A stretch of 18,594 nt of DNA, taken from Tubiluchus corallicola (lineage: Eukaryota; Animalia; Priapulida). Positions within the stretch are counted from its first letter, which is position 1; each line of letters opens with the position of its first letter. A program made the translations under genes and the position numbers. The stretch spans positions 1 to 18,594 of the forward strand of contig JAQGDQ010002494.1 in assembly GCA_030141605.1 (NCBI GenBank). The letters are read 5' to 3'. The notes beneath the pieces are model-generated. The model made no database searches, was not told the DNA's origin, and was given only the letters and a program-made list of their open reading frames with translations. Of this stretch, positions 1 to 10,700 are shown one piece after another.

Positions 1-3
1 GTC

Positions 4-645
4 TCAATCCTCGATCCTGCTGTTATATACTTCTCCCTTAAATATCCACACTTTCACTCCTATAATCCCATATCTTGTTTTTGCATGATGAACAGCATAA
101 TCCACATCTGCTCTCAAGGTATGCAAAGGGATTCTCCCTTCTTTGTACTGTTCGCTTCTTGCCATTTCAGCCCCTCCTATTCGTCCTGAAATCTTAATTT
201 TTATTCCTTCTACTCCAACCCGCATCGCTGACGCTAGCGCCTGTTTCATTCCTCTTTTATGCGATACTCTCCCTCTAATTTGTTGCCCTATTGACTCTGC
301 TACTAATCTTGCATCTAACTCAGGGCGTTTGATTTCAAATATATTCAACTGCACGCCTTTTCCCGTCAACTTTTTCAATTCTTCTTTAATTTTATCTACT
401 TCACTTCCGCCTTTTCCTATAACAACTCCTGGTCTTGCTGTATGTATCGTCAATATTATTCTTTTAAGAGACCTTTCTACTACTATTTTAGAAATCCCGC
501 CTTTAGGCATTCTGGCTCTTATGTATTGTCTTATTTTCTGATCTTCTAAAAGTTTTATGGGAAAATCTTTTCCACCATACCAATCTGAATCCCAACCTCT
601 AATAATCCCAACCCTAAGTCCTACTGGATTAACTTTTTGTCCCAT
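4..645 (-). CDS. rpsC: 30S ribosomal protein S3 (uS3); last few codons atypical
   Basis: N-terminus [15 protein letters not shown]-domain [10 protein letters not shown], and C-terminal [14 protein letters not shown] and [11 protein letters not shown] motifs; follows rplV as in the S10 cluster. Confidence 0.97.
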   Translation of the reverse strand: MGQKVNPVGLRVGIIRGWDSDWYGGKDFPIKLLEDQKIRQYIRARMPKGGISKIVVERSLKRIILTIHTARPGVVIGKGGSEVDKIKEELKKLTGKGVQLNIFEIKRPELDARLVAESIGQQIRGRVSHKRGMKQALASAMRVGVEGIKIKISGRIGGAEMARSEQYKEGRIPLHTLRADVDYAVHHAKTRYGIIGVKVWIFKGEVYNSRIED

Positions 646-654
646 AGCATTTGT

Positions 655-1155
655 TTATTTTTCTTTTTTTGTTTTTTGATTTTGTTCCTTTTTTGAGCTT
701 GTTTCTCCACTTTTTTTCTCAGCTTTAATAGTTTCTTTTTTTGTCTCTATCTTTGGCTTTGCTTCACTCTTTTCCTTTTTCTTTGCATCCACACTTTCTA
801 TTTGCTGTTTGTTTTTGGCTTCAACAATCATAGTCACATGATGTGACCTTTTTCTAATTCTATGTCCCCTTCCTTGCGGGGCTGGTCTTAATCTTTTTAA
901 TATTCTCCCCCCATCAACAAATATCGTTTTCACATACAAATCTGCTTCTTCAATACTTGCTTTTTCATTTTTCGCTTGCCAATTTGCAATTGCTGAGAGT
1001 AGCATTTTCTCTAATCTACGCGCACTTTCTTTGGGTTCATTTTTCAAAATATATAGTGCATCATTAACATTTTTTCCCCTTATTAAATCCGCTACCATTC
1101 TTGCTTTTCTTGGCGAAGTTGGCACGTTTCTTAATCTTGCAATTGCTTCTTCCAT
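655..1155 (-). CDS. rplV: 50S ribosomal protein L22 (uL22) with Lys/Glu-rich C-terminal extension
   Basis: [15 protein letters not shown] and [17 protein letters not shown] motifs; lies between rpsS and rpsC. Confidence 0.97.
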   Translation of the reverse strand: MEEAIARLRNVPTSPRKARMVADLIRGKNVNDALYILKNEPKESARRLEKMLLSAIANWQAKNEKASIEEADLYVKTIFVDGGRILKRLRPAPQGRGHRIRKRSHHVTMIVEAKNKQQIESVDAKKKEKSEAKPKIETKKETIKAEKKSGETSSKKEQNQKTKKEK

Positions 1156-1174
1156 GTCAATTATTTTTTATATC

Positions 1175-1444
1175 TTATTTTCCTTTTTTTCCTACATGCC
1201 CTCTAAAATTCCTTGTCGGGGCAAACTCTCCTAACTTATGCCCTACCATGTTTTCTGTAACATAAACAGGGATAAATTTGTTACCATTATGCACTGCTAT
1301 GGTGTATCCTACAAAATCAGGTGAAATCATAGAACGTCTTGACCAGGTTTTTATCACGCTTTTTTTCCCTGACTCATTCATTGCTTGTATTTTCTTATCA
1401 AGCCTGAAGTCTATATATGGTCCTTTTTTTAAAGATCTTCCCAT
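1175..1444 (-). CDS. rpsS: 30S ribosomal protein S19 (uS19)
   Basis: [18 protein letters not shown] and [13 protein letters not shown] motifs. Confidence 0.98.
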   Translation of the reverse strand: MGRSLKKGPYIDFRLDKKIQAMNESGKKSVIKTWSRRSMISPDFVGYTIAVHNGNKFIPVYVTENMVGHKLGEFAPTRNFRGHVGKKGK

Positions 1445-1450
1445 AAGTTC

Positions 1451-2283
1451 TTATGCTTTTCCTTTGTTTCTATTATTAATAATTAATTTTGTCGAGCTTT
1501 TCTTTTTATTTCTTGTTTTTTTGCCTTTTGCATATAGTCCCTTTCTTGATCTAGGATGTCCTCCTGTTGCTTTTCCTTCTCCTCCTCCCATTGGGTGATC
1601 TACTGGGTTCATTGCAACGCCTCTTGTTCTAGGTCTTCGCCCTAGCCACCTTTTTCTCCCCGCTTTCCCTAACACTAAGTTCATATTATCCACGTTAGAA
1701 ACCGAACCTATACTAGCATAACAAGACGAAAGCACCATCCTCATTTCACCTGAGGGTAATTTCAGCGTAACATACTTTCCTTCCTTAGCAACTAACTGAG
1801 CATAAGCCCCTGCGCTTCTTGCCATAACTCCTCCCCGCCCTGGAGATAATTCAACATTATGTATTATAGTTCCTAGCGGAATATTTGACATAGGCAATGC
1901 GTTACCTAGTTCTATAGGCGCCTTCTCTCCTGCCAGTACTGTTTTTCCTACTTCCAATTTTTCAGGAGCCAAAATATAAGCTTTTGCCCCATCTTTATAA
2001 TATATCAATGCTATTCGGGAGGTTCTACACGGATCGTATTCAATTGATTTCACAACCCCTGACACATTTGTTTTATTTCTTTTGAAATCTATAATTCTAT
2101 ATTTTCTTTTATGTCCTCCTCCTCTATATCGCATAGTCATTTTCCCTTCGTTGTTCCTTCCTCCTTTCTTCTCAAAGAGGTCACTAGGGATTTTTCCGGC
2201 TTTGATGCTGTAATATCATCAAAAACAGGAGCTATTCTGTGCCTTTGCCCTGGTGTTACCGGTCTTAATTTTACTACTGCCAT
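1451..2283 (-). CDS. rplB: 50S ribosomal protein L2 (uL2); apparent 1-nt deletion frameshift near 2165
   Basis: The true start is ATG at 2283 ([37 protein letters not shown]). The other frame continues [20 protein letters not shown] into the 1451..2140 ORF, which carries EYDP.R and [16 protein letters not shown]. Adding one base gives 277 aa. Confidence 0.95.
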
Positions 2284-2303
2284 TTTGTTCTTTGTATTCT
2301 TTT

Positions 2304-2594
2304 TTAAATTTCGCTATAAAAATCTATAATTTCTCCTGGCATCAATGTTACTATTGCCTTTTTGTAATTAGGTTTTCTTCCCGTTATAATGTTTTTCTTA
2401 GTATACTTTGTGTTTTGCTTTCCTTGATACCTCATCGTCGCTACCTTTTTCACTTTCACATTATATATCTTTTCCACCTCTTTTTTTATTTCCACCTTAT
2501 TTATCTTATCATCTACTATAAAGCCGTATTTTCCTTGTTCATTTTGCAAGGAAATTTTTTCTGTAACAAGAGGTTTTTTTAGTTTCTTCTGCAT
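2304..2594 (-). CDS. rplW: 50S ribosomal protein L23 (uL23)
   Basis: KKPLVTEK, NKVEIKKEVEKIYNVKV and YKKAIVTL motifs. ATG at 2594 is preferred over the TTG at 2603, which overlaps the rplD stop. Confidence 0.95.
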   Translation of the reverse strand: MQKKLKKPLVTEKISLQNEQGKYGFIVDDKINKVEIKKEVEKIYNVKVKKVATMRYQGKQNTKYTKKNIITGRKPNYKKAIVTLMPGEIIDFYSEI

Positions 2595-2599
2595 AGCTA

Positions 2600-3226
2600 T
2601 CAAATCAATATTGTCTTTATTTTTTCACTAGAACTTTCACACAGCAACACATTATCGGCATTCATCAAATCAAACGTATTTAGCTCTGTAACTACCTTTA
2701 TGTTTGTTTTCTCTATATTTCTTCCTGACAAATAAACTTCTTTGTTATTGTCGGGTAGTAACAATAATGTTTTTGTATTTACTAATTTAAAGTTATCAAG
2801 TAAACTAGTAATATTTTTTATGCTAGTTTTTTCAAAATTAAGGTCTTCTATTACATTTACCTTGTTTTCTTTCACTTTATAATAAAATGCAGATCTTCGT
2901 GCCAGTTTCTGTACTTTTTTATTAATTTTTATGCTGTAATCTCTGGGTGAAGGGCCAAAAATCACGCCTCCGCCTCTAAACAAAGGGGACTTAATACTTC
3001 CAGCTCTTGCTGTCCCTGTTCCCTTTTGTTTTTTTATTTTTTTGGTAGAACCTGTTATTTCCGACCGTCCCTTTACTTTATGGGTTCCTTGCCTTTTAGA
3101 TGCCGATAATCTTTTAACATCTAAATATATAGCATGATTATTGGGTTCTTTAGCAAAGATCTTATCATCTAATTTAACAGTTCTTCCTGTTTCTTTTCCT
3201 TGTATGTCAAATACTGATAGGTTCAT
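2600..3226 (-). CDS. rplD: 50S ribosomal protein L4 (uL4)
   Basis: RQGTHKVKGRSE and KQKGTGTARAGSIKSPLFRGGG motifs. Confidence 0.98.
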   Translation of the reverse strand: MNLSVFDIQGKETGRTVKLDDKIFAKEPNNHAIYLDVKRLSASKRQGTHKVKGRSEITGSTKKIKKQKGTGTARAGSIKSPLFRGGGVIFGPSPRDYSIKINKKVQKLARRSAFYYKVKENKVNVIEDLNFEKTSIKNITSLLDNFKLVNTKTLLLLPDNNKEVYLSGRNIEKTNIKVVTELNTFDLMNADNVLLCESSSEKIKTILI

Positions 3227-3233
3227 TGTATAA

Positions 3234-3866
3234 CTATTTCTCTATTACTACAATTGAGTTATTTGCGCCAGGTATAGAACCTTGTAATAATAGTAGGTTT
3301 TTTTCATTTAATATTTTTAATACTTTTAAGTTTATTGCTTTCACCCGCACTCCCCCTGTTCTTCCAGCCATTTTCATTCCTTTAAACACTCTTGAAGGAT
3401 AAGATGATGCTCCTATTGAGCCTGGAGCTCTTTGTCTATCATGTTGCCCATGGGTAGCGTCTCCAACTCCACTAAAATTGTGCCTCTTCACAACGCCTTG
3501 AAATCCTTTTCCTTTGCTCTTTCCTGCCACATCCACAAAATCTCCTTCCGAAAAGATATCTTGTGCTAACACTGTCATTCCAAGTTTTATTTCTTTATTA
3601 AAGCTTTCCGAAAAGTTTTTAAACTCATGTAGATTTCTTTTCGGTGTTGTCTTGGCTTTCTCAAAATGTCCTAATAATGGCTTTGTTGTATTTTTTTTCT
3701 TTTTATCTCCAAATGCTAATTGCACAGCATCATATCCGTCTGTTGCTTGCGTTTTTATTTGCGTTATAACGCAAGGGGTTACATCTAACAAAGTGCACCC
3801 CACACTTTTGCCTTCTTCATCAAAAACGCGAGTCATTCCTATCTTCTTTCCTATTATGCCTGTCAT
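3234..3866 (-). CDS. rplC: 50S ribosomal protein L3 (uL3)
   Basis: [31 protein letters not shown] and RAPGSIG motifs. Confidence 0.98.
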   Translation of the reverse strand: MTGIIGKKIGMTRVFDEEGKSVGCTLLDVTPCVITQIKTQATDGYDAVQLAFGDKKKKNTTKPLLGHFEKAKTTPKRNLHEFKNFSESFNKEIKLGMTVLAQDIFSEGDFVDVAGKSKGKGFQGVVKRHNFSGVGDATHGQHDRQRAPGSIGASSYPSRVFKGMKMAGRTGGVRVKAINLKVLKILNEKNLLLLQGSIPGANNSIVVIEK

Positions 3867-3902
3867 TTTTTAATCAATTTAATCTTCATCAAAATGAGTT
3901 CA

Positions 3903-3934
3903 CAAATTTAATTGATTTTATTTTATAATACAAA
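3903..3934 (-). promoter_or_regulatory. Bacteroidota-type primary-sigma promoter upstream of rplC
   Basis: Minus strand reads TTTG (3934-3931), 20 nt, TAAATTTG (3910-3903). This matches the -33 TTTG / -7 TAnnTTTG consensus and lies in the 83-nt rpsJ-rplC gap. Confidence 0.75.
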
Positions 3935-3949
3935 ATCAACTTGCTTTTT

Positions 3950-4255
3950 TTATACTTTTATTTCTACGTCAACTCCACTTGGAAGTTCTAATTTCATTAA
4001 TGCGTCTACAGACTTTGTATTATTTGAGTATATATCCAACAATCTCTTATATGTAAAAAGCTGAAACTGTTCTCTTGATTTTTTATTTACATGAGGAGAA
4101 CGTAATACTGTAAAATACTCTTTTTTAGTAGGTAATGGAATAGGACCACTGATAACAGCTCCTGTAACCTTTACCGCTTTTAATATTTTTTCGGCAGATT
4201 TGTCTACCAGGTTATGGTCGTAAGACTTTAATTTTATTCTTATTTTTTGAGCCAT
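3950..4255 (-). CDS. rpsJ: 30S ribosomal protein S10 (uS10/NusE)
   Basis: [19 protein letters not shown] and [13 protein letters not shown] motifs. Confidence 0.98.
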   Translation of the reverse strand: MAQKIRIKLKSYDHNLVDKSAEKILKAVKVTGAVISGPIPLPTKKEYFTVLRSPHVNKKSREQFQLFTYKRLLDIYSNNTKSVDALMKLELPSGVDVEIKV

Positions 4256-4257
4256 AT

Positions 4258-6387
4258 TTATTGTGTGTTTTTTCCTTTAATATTTTCTATAACTTCTCGT
4301 GCTAAATTAGAAGGCACCTTATCATAATGAGAAAATGTCAATGAGGCTGACGCTCTGCCCGATGTAAGGGTTCTAAGAGTCGTAACATAACCAAACAATT
4401 CTGCAAGTGGTACATCTGCTTTAATTATTTGCATATTTACCTTTGTATCCATGCTCTTCATTATTCCCCTTCGCTTATTTAGGTCTCCCGTAACAGCACC
4501 TGTGTACTCATCTGGAGTAGCGACTTCTACTGACATTACTGGTTCTAATAAAACAGGTTTTGCTTTACTCGCGGCTTCTTTGAATCCTAATCGTGCCGCT
4601 AATTCAAATGACAATGAATCTGAGTCCACATCATGATATGAGCCGTGAAATAGACGAACTTTCATTGAGTCAACAGGGAATCCTGCCAATGGGCCATTTT
4701 TCATTGCTTCAGTAAATCCTTTTTGCACTGAAGGTATATATTCTTTTGGAATTGCTCCCCCTACAATGTTATTTACAAATTCTAAGCCTTCTTTCTCATC
4801 TTTTCTATTTCCTAACTCAAACACAATATCTGCAAATTTTCCTCTACCTCCTGTTTGTTTTTTATATACTTCCTTGTGTTCGATGGTAGTTGTTAAAGCT
4901 TCTTTGTATGCAACTTGGGGCTGCCCTTGATTTATTTCTACTTTAAATTCTCTTTTCAACCTGTCTATAATAATCTCTAAATGCAATTCTCCCATTCCCT
5001 TCAAAATCGTCTGCCCTGTCTCATGATTAGTTTCTACTTTCAATGTAGGGTCTTCTTCTATCAATTTTGAAATTGCTATACCGAGTTTATCGACATCCGC
5101 TTGCTTTTTTGGTTCTATGGCATACCCTATCACTGGCTGTGGGAAGGTCATCGATTCTAATATGATTTTATTTTTTTCATCTACAAGAGTGTCACCTGTT
5201 TTAATGTCTTTGAAGCCTACTGCAGCAGCTATATCTCCTGCGCATATTTGTTCAATGGGGTTTTGCTTATTGGCGTGCATTTGCAATAGACGAGAAATTC
5301 GTTCTTTTTTTCCTGTCCTCACATTATAAACATAAGAGCCCGCTTTCAACACACCTGAGTAAGATCTGAAAAATGCCAATCTTCCAACAAACGGATCTGT
5401 GGCTATCTTGAATGCCAGTCCTGCAAATGGCTCTTTATCAAAAGGTTTTCTCTCTTCTTCTTTTTCTGTATCAGGATTTATCCCTTTTACAGCAGACATA
5501 TCAAGTGGTGATGGTAAATATTGGCAAACTGCATCTAACACAGCTTGTACACCTTTATTTTTAAATGCTGAACCGCACAGCACAGGGCTAAAAGACATGT
5601 CTATAACTGCTTTTCTTATAGCTACTTTTAATTCATCTTCTGTTATAGAATCAGGGTCTTCAAAGAACTTTTCCATTAGCCCTTCATCATATTCTGCTAC
5701 TGCCTCCACTATCACTTGCCTCCATTCTTCCACAACACTCACTAGATCTTCTGGTATAGGAACTTTCTGATAGGTCATTCCTTTATCTTCTTCACTCCAT
5801 ATAATCGCTTCATTTTTAATCAAATCTACCACTCCTTTAAAAGTATCCTCCGCCCCTATTGGAATTTGCAAGGGCAATGGCTTTGCATTTAATTTGTCTT
5901 TTATTTCATTAACCACATTAAAAAAATCAGCTCCTGCTCTATCCATTTTATTTACAAAACAAATTCTTGGCACTCTGTACTTATCGGCTTGCCTCCATAC
6001 TGTTTCTGATTGTGGTTCTACTCCTGAAACGGCGCAAAACAGGGCTACAGCACCATCTAAAACCCTCAAAGATCTTTCTACTTCTACTGTAAAATCTACG
6101 TGTCCAGGTGTGTCAATAATATTCACCTTATATTCCTTTGTCTCAGGCGTAACTTTTCCTTGTTCTGTGGGATATCTCCAATGCGTTGTTGTGGCTGCTG
6201 ACGTTATGGTAATGCCTCTTTCCTGCTCTTGTTCCATCCAATCCATTATTGCATTTCCATCATGCACTTCTCCTATTTTGTGAGAAATTCCTGTGTAATA
6301 AAGTACTCGTTCCGTAGTGGTTGTTTTCCCAGCATCAATGTGCGCCATTATGCCAATGTTTCTCAAATATTTTAACTCTTGTGCCAT
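4258..6387 (-). CDS. fusA: Elongation factor G
   Basis: 709 aa with G1 AHIDAGKT, switch I ERGITI, G3 DTPGH, G4 NKMD, GMGELHL and YHDVDS motifs. Confidence 0.99.
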   Translation of the reverse strand: MAQELKYLRNIGIMAHIDAGKTTTTERVLYYTGISHKIGEVHDGNAIMDWMEQEQERGITITSAATTTHWRYPTEQGKVTPETKEYKVNIIDTPGHVDFTVEVERSLRVLDGAVALFCAVSGVEPQSETVWRQADKYRVPRICFVNKMDRAGADFFNVVNEIKDKLNAKPLPLQIPIGAEDTFKGVVDLIKNEAIIWSEEDKGMTYQKVPIPEDLVSVVEEWRQVIVEAVAEYDEGLMEKFFEDPDSITEDELKVAIRKAVIDMSFSPVLCGSAFKNKGVQAVLDAVCQYLPSPLDMSAVKGINPDTEKEEERKPFDKEPFAGLAFKIATDPFVGRLAFFRSYSGVLKAGSYVYNVRTGKKERISRLLQMHANKQNPIEQICAGDIAAAVGFKDIKTGDTLVDEKNKIILESMTFPQPVIGYAIEPKKQADVDKLGIAISKLIEEDPTLKVETNHETGQTILKGMGELHLEIIIDRLKREFKVEINQGQPQVAYKEALTTTIEHKEVYKKQTGGRGKFADIVFELGNRKDEKEGLEFVNNIVGGAIPKEYIPSVQKGFTEAMKNGPLAGFPVDSMKVRLFHGSYHDVDSDSLSFELAARLGFKEAASKAKPVLLEPVMSVEVATPDEYTGAVTGDLNKRRGIMKSMDTKVNMQIIKADVPLAELFGYVTTLRTLTSGRASASLTFSHYDKVPSNLAREVIENIKGKNTQ

Positions 6388-6417
6388 AATAATTTTAGTA
6401 AATCTCTTTTTTCTTCG

Positions 6418-6885
6418 TTAAAATCTAAAGTGTGAAAAAGCTTTATTTGCTTCTGCCATCCTATGGGTATCTTCTTTTCTTTTCACAGCAGCGCCTTCTC
6501 CTTTTGATGCTAATATAATTTCTCCTGCTAATCTTTCTTGCATTGTTTTTTCACTTCTTGCTTTTGCAAATCTAATTAACCACTTAATTCCTAGACTTGC
6601 TTTTCTTCCTGCTCTTACCTCAACAGGCACTTGGAATGTAGATCCACCTACTCGCCTACTTTTTACTTCTACAGATGGCGTAATGTTATCAAGTGCTTTT
6701 TTCCACGTCTCCAACCCGTTTTCATTAACTCTTTTTTCTACCAAATCTATTGCTTCATAGAATATGTTGTATGCTAAATTCTTCTTTCCCCTCTCCATCA
6801 GATTGTTTACAAATTTAGTTACCAGTACATCTTTAAACTTTGGGTCTGGCAGCACATATCTTTTTTTAGGTTTCAGTTTTCTCAT
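6418..6885 (-). CDS. rpsG: 30S ribosomal protein S7 (uS7)
   Basis: [15 protein letters not shown] and [15 protein letters not shown] motifs. Confidence 0.98.
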   Translation of the reverse strand: MRKLKPKKRYVLPDPKFKDVLVTKFVNNLMERGKKNLAYNIFYEAIDLVEKRVNENGLETWKKALDNITPSVEVKSRRVGGSTFQVPVEVRAGRKASLGIKWLIRFAKARSEKTMQERLAGEIILASKGEGAAVKRKEDTHRMAEANKAFSHFRF

Positions 6886-6894
6886 AATTATGAT

Positions 6895-7269
6895 TTATTT
6901 TTTTGGTTTTTTAGCCCCATATTTAGACCTTCCTTGTTTTCTGTTTTCTACTCCCGAAGCATCTAATGTTCCTCTTATAATGTGATACCTTACCCCTGGT
7001 AAGTCCTTCACTCTTCCGCCTCTTATCAATACAATAGAGTGTTCTTGTAGGTTGTGGCCTTCTCCCATGATATAGGCATTTACTTCTTTTCCATTTGTCA
7101 GTCGTACTCTTGCTACCTTTCTCATAGCAGAATTTGGCTTTTTAGGAGTAGTAGTGTATACTCTTGTACACACTCCACGCCTCTGGGGGCATGAGTCTAA
7201 AGCAGGGGACTTTGATTTTCCTTTTATTTGCTTTCTTCCCTTTCTTATTAACTGCTGTATTGTTGGCAT
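6895..7269 (-). CDS. rpsL: 30S ribosomal protein S12 (uS12)
   Basis: [21 protein letters not shown] and [13 protein letters not shown] motifs. Confidence 0.99.
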   Translation of the reverse strand: MPTIQQLIRKGRKQIKGKSKSPALDSCPQRRGVCTRVYTTTPKKPNSAMRKVARVRLTNGKEVNAYIMGEGHNLQEHSIVLIRGGRVKDLPGVRYHIIRGTLDASGVENRKQGRSKYGAKKPKK

Positions 7270-7312
7270 ATTTTATTTCGCTCTTTTAAAATTACACATA
7301 ATTTTTGAACTG

Positions 7313-7342
7313 CAAAGTTAAACTATATTTCTTTACTATCAA
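7313..7342 (-). promoter_or_regulatory. Bacteroidota-type promoter for the rpsL (str) operon
   Basis: Minus strand reads TTG (7342-7340), 19 nt, TAACTTTG (7320-7313), then CA. It ends 43 nt upstream of the rpsL ATG. Confidence 0.78.
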
Positions 7343-7379
7343 CTCTTACTTAAAATAAAATGTTTTTTTGAGTAAAAAT

Positions 7380-7697
7380 TTATGCTTCTCCCACCGTTCC
7401 ACCAAAATTTAGTGGGATTTTCGGATGTTTTTCAGTTTTTTTTATTTCTCCGAAAGTGTTTTCGTATTTATCTATATTATTTTTTAAAACAGACAAAAAT
7501 CGCTTTGCATGCTCTGGGGTTAATATAAGCCTAGACTTCACCTTTGCTTTTTGAAGCCCTGGCATCATGATAATAAAGTCTAATATAAATTCAGAGTTTG
7601 AATGCGCAACCATTGCTAAGTTAACATATGTGCCTTCTTGTAACTCGGCAGGCAACTCAATGTTTACTGTGTGCTTTGTTTCATTTTTATTGGCCAT
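7380..7697 (-). CDS. DUF3467-like conserved protein of unknown function
   Basis: 105 aa with the pattern EGTYVNLAMVAHSNSEFILDF...KAKVKSRLILTPEHAKR...YENTFGEI. I recognise this as the small family found just downstream of rpoC in Bacteroidota; the assignment is from memory, not a search. Confidence 0.85.
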   Translation of the reverse strand: MANKNETKHTVNIELPAELQEGTYVNLAMVAHSNSEFILDFIIMMPGLQKAKVKSRLILTPEHAKRFLSVLKNNIDKYENTFGEIKKTEKHPKIPLNFGGTVGEA

Positions 7698-7705
7698 TTT
7701 ATAGA

Positions 7706-10700
7706 TTAACTAACATCTAACCATGCTTTTTCATTACTAACAGAGGCAGATTCTTCTTTCAAATTATTGTAATCTTCTTCAAGAGTAACAACCATGTTTT
7801 CATAATCTTTAATTCCTGTTCCTGCAGGTATCAAATGCCCAACGATAACGTTTTCTTTTAGCCCCAATAAAAAGTCTTTCTTTGCTCTTATTGCAGCTTC
7901 GCTCAACACTTTTGTTGTTTCTTGGAAAGATGCTGCTGATATGAAACTTGCTGTTCCTAAAGAAGCTTGGGTAATTCCTTGCAATGTTATTTTTGAGACA
8001 GCTGGTTGCGGATCTCTTACTTTAATAATTTTCAAATCTCTCCGTTTTAAACTAGAGTTTTCATCTCTTAGCCTTCTGGCTGTAATAATTTGCCCTTTTT
8101 TCAGAAGAGTAGAGTCTCCTGGGTCTACTACTACTTTTTTATCAAACAAAGAATCATTTACTTCTCTAAATAAAAATTTATCTACAACTTGCTTTGGTAA
8201 AAAGCTCGTATCACCTGATTCTATCACCTCTACCTTTTGCATCATTTGAGAAACTATTACTTCTATGTGCTTATCGCTAATTTTCACTCCTTGCAGCCTA
8301 TATACCTCCTGTATTTCGTTTACCAAATACTCCTGTACAGCTACTGGACCTTTTATTGCTAATATGTCCGAGGGGGTTATTGCTCCATCAGATAGCGTAG
8401 TTCCTGCTTTAATAAAATCTTTATCTTGTACTAAAATATATTTAGATAAAGAGACCATATATCGCTTTACTTCTCCATTTTTAGCTTCTATAAATATCTC
8501 TCTATTTCCTCTCTTAATTCCACCATAAGATACTATTCCGTCTATCTCACTTACTACTGCTGGATTTGATGGATTTCTCGCTTCAAACAGTTCTGTTACT
8601 CTTGGAAGACCTCCTGTAATATCCCTTGACTTTCCTGTGATTCTAGGTATTTTAACCAATACTTGTCCTGCTCTTACTTTATCTCCTTCTGCAACACTCA
8701 AGTGGGCCTCTACAGGTATGTTATAGGAGAAAGTTTTGTCTTCGCTGCTATAAACAATAATTGTAGGATTTTTAGATTTGTCCTTAGAATCAATAATTAC
8801 TTTTTCCCTGTGTCCTGTTTGCTCGTCTGTTACTTCTCTATATGTAACATTCTCTTCAATAGCTTCATATTTTGCTGTTCCATCGATTTCGGAAAGAATA
8901 ACTGCATTATAAGGATCCCATTGACATAAGACATCTCCTTTTGTTACTTTGTCTCCTTCTTTAACCATTAATGTAGATCCATATGGAACGTGATTCGAAA
9001 TAAGTTGCTTTTTACTTTTTGCATCTACCACTTTAATTTCTCCCGAACGCCCCATTACCATTCGCACATCATTTCCGTGTTCATCTTTGGTATCTAAATG
9101 CTTTACATCTTCATACGTTATAACTCCCTCAAATTTAGCTAAAATAGTAGCCTCTACCGCAATGTTAGAGGCAGTTCCCCCAACGTGGAAAGTACGTAAT
9201 GTGAGCTGGGTTCCAGGTTCACCTATTGATTGGGCTGCTATCACTCCCACAGCATCTCCTTTTTGAGCTTTTTTCCCTGTTGCTAAATTGCGACCATAGC
9301 ACTTTTCACATATTCCTCGCTTTGTTTCACAAGTTAATGGTGATCGAATTTCTATTTCATCTAAACTTGTTTCGTCTATTTTTTTAGCTATCTCTTCTAC
9401 TATTTCTTGGTTTGCTCCAACAATTAATTCGTCTGTTATCGGGTCAAATACATCATGAACACTAACTCTACCTAATAATCTTTCAGACAACGGCTCCACT
9501 GTGTCCTCATTGTCTCTCAATGTTCTAACTCTTATTCCTCTCAATGTTCCACAATCTTCCTCATTTACCACTACATCTTGCGCAACATCTACCAATCGTC
9601 GCGTTAAATACCCTGCGTCTGCTGTTTTCAAAGCTGTATCGGCTAGCCCTTTTCTTGCTCCGTGCGTTGATATAAAATACTCTATTACATCTAGCCCTTC
9701 TTTGAAGTTTGCAATAATGGGATTTTCAATAATTTCACCAACAGAGCCCAACAAACTTTTCTGAGGTTTTGCCATCAATCCCCTCATGCCTCCAATTTGT
9801 CTAATTTGCTCTCTAGAGCCCCTTGCTCCAGAGTGCATCATCATAAAAATAGTATTAAAACCTTGTTGATCTTTTTCTAGTTTATTCATCAACTTTTTGG
9901 TCAATTCGCTATTTATCTTTGCCCACACATCTATTACTTGATTATATCTTTCATTATCAGTAATAAGCCCCATGCGGTAGTTGTTCCATATGTTTTCAAC
10001 TTCTTCCTTGGCTTCTAGTATCAGTTTTGATTTTCCTCCTGGATCTACAATGTCCTCCAAGCCAATAGATATACCTCCTTTATAAGCATGATGGAATCCT
10101 AAATATTTAATGTCGTCTAAAAATTTAGAAGTTCTCGTAACTCCTGATACTTTAAATATTTCCAATATGATTTCTTGGAGTTTCTTTTTTGTAAGTAGCT
10201 CATTAACATACCCTACTTCTTCTGGTACAGATTGATTAAATATTATTCTACCCGCTACTGTATCTATTATTTGTGTAGTTTCTTTGCCTTCATTATCTAT
10301 AGTTTTCGCTCTTAGCTTAATAAAAGCATTTTTGTCAAGTTTTCCATTATTCAAAGCAATGATTACCTCTTGCATTGAGGCAAATAGTTTTCCTTCCCCT
10401 TTAACAACAAATTCTGGGGTGCTTGGTCTTCCTTTAGTTAGGTAATATAAACCTAATACCATATCCTGTGATGGTACAGCAATAGGATTTCCATTTGCTG
10501 GGTTCAGTATGTTATGCGCTGCCAACATTAAAATAGAAGCTTCTAACACAGCCTCTTGCCCTAGTGGCACGTGTACTGCCATTTGATCACCATCAAAGTC
10601 AGCGTTAAAGGCTGTACATACTAATGGGTGCAATTGTATTGCTTTTCCTTCTATCAATTTGGGCTGAAACGCCTGTATTCCCAACCTGTGTAGTGTTGGG

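Noticed and set aside
1-12. GTCTCAATCC resembles the start of some CRISPR repeats
   Set aside because: It occurs once, overlaps the rpsC stop, and there are no spacers or cas genes.
6990-7150. Streptomycin-resistance alleles in rpsL
   Set aside because: PKKPNSA and RVKDLPG are canonical.
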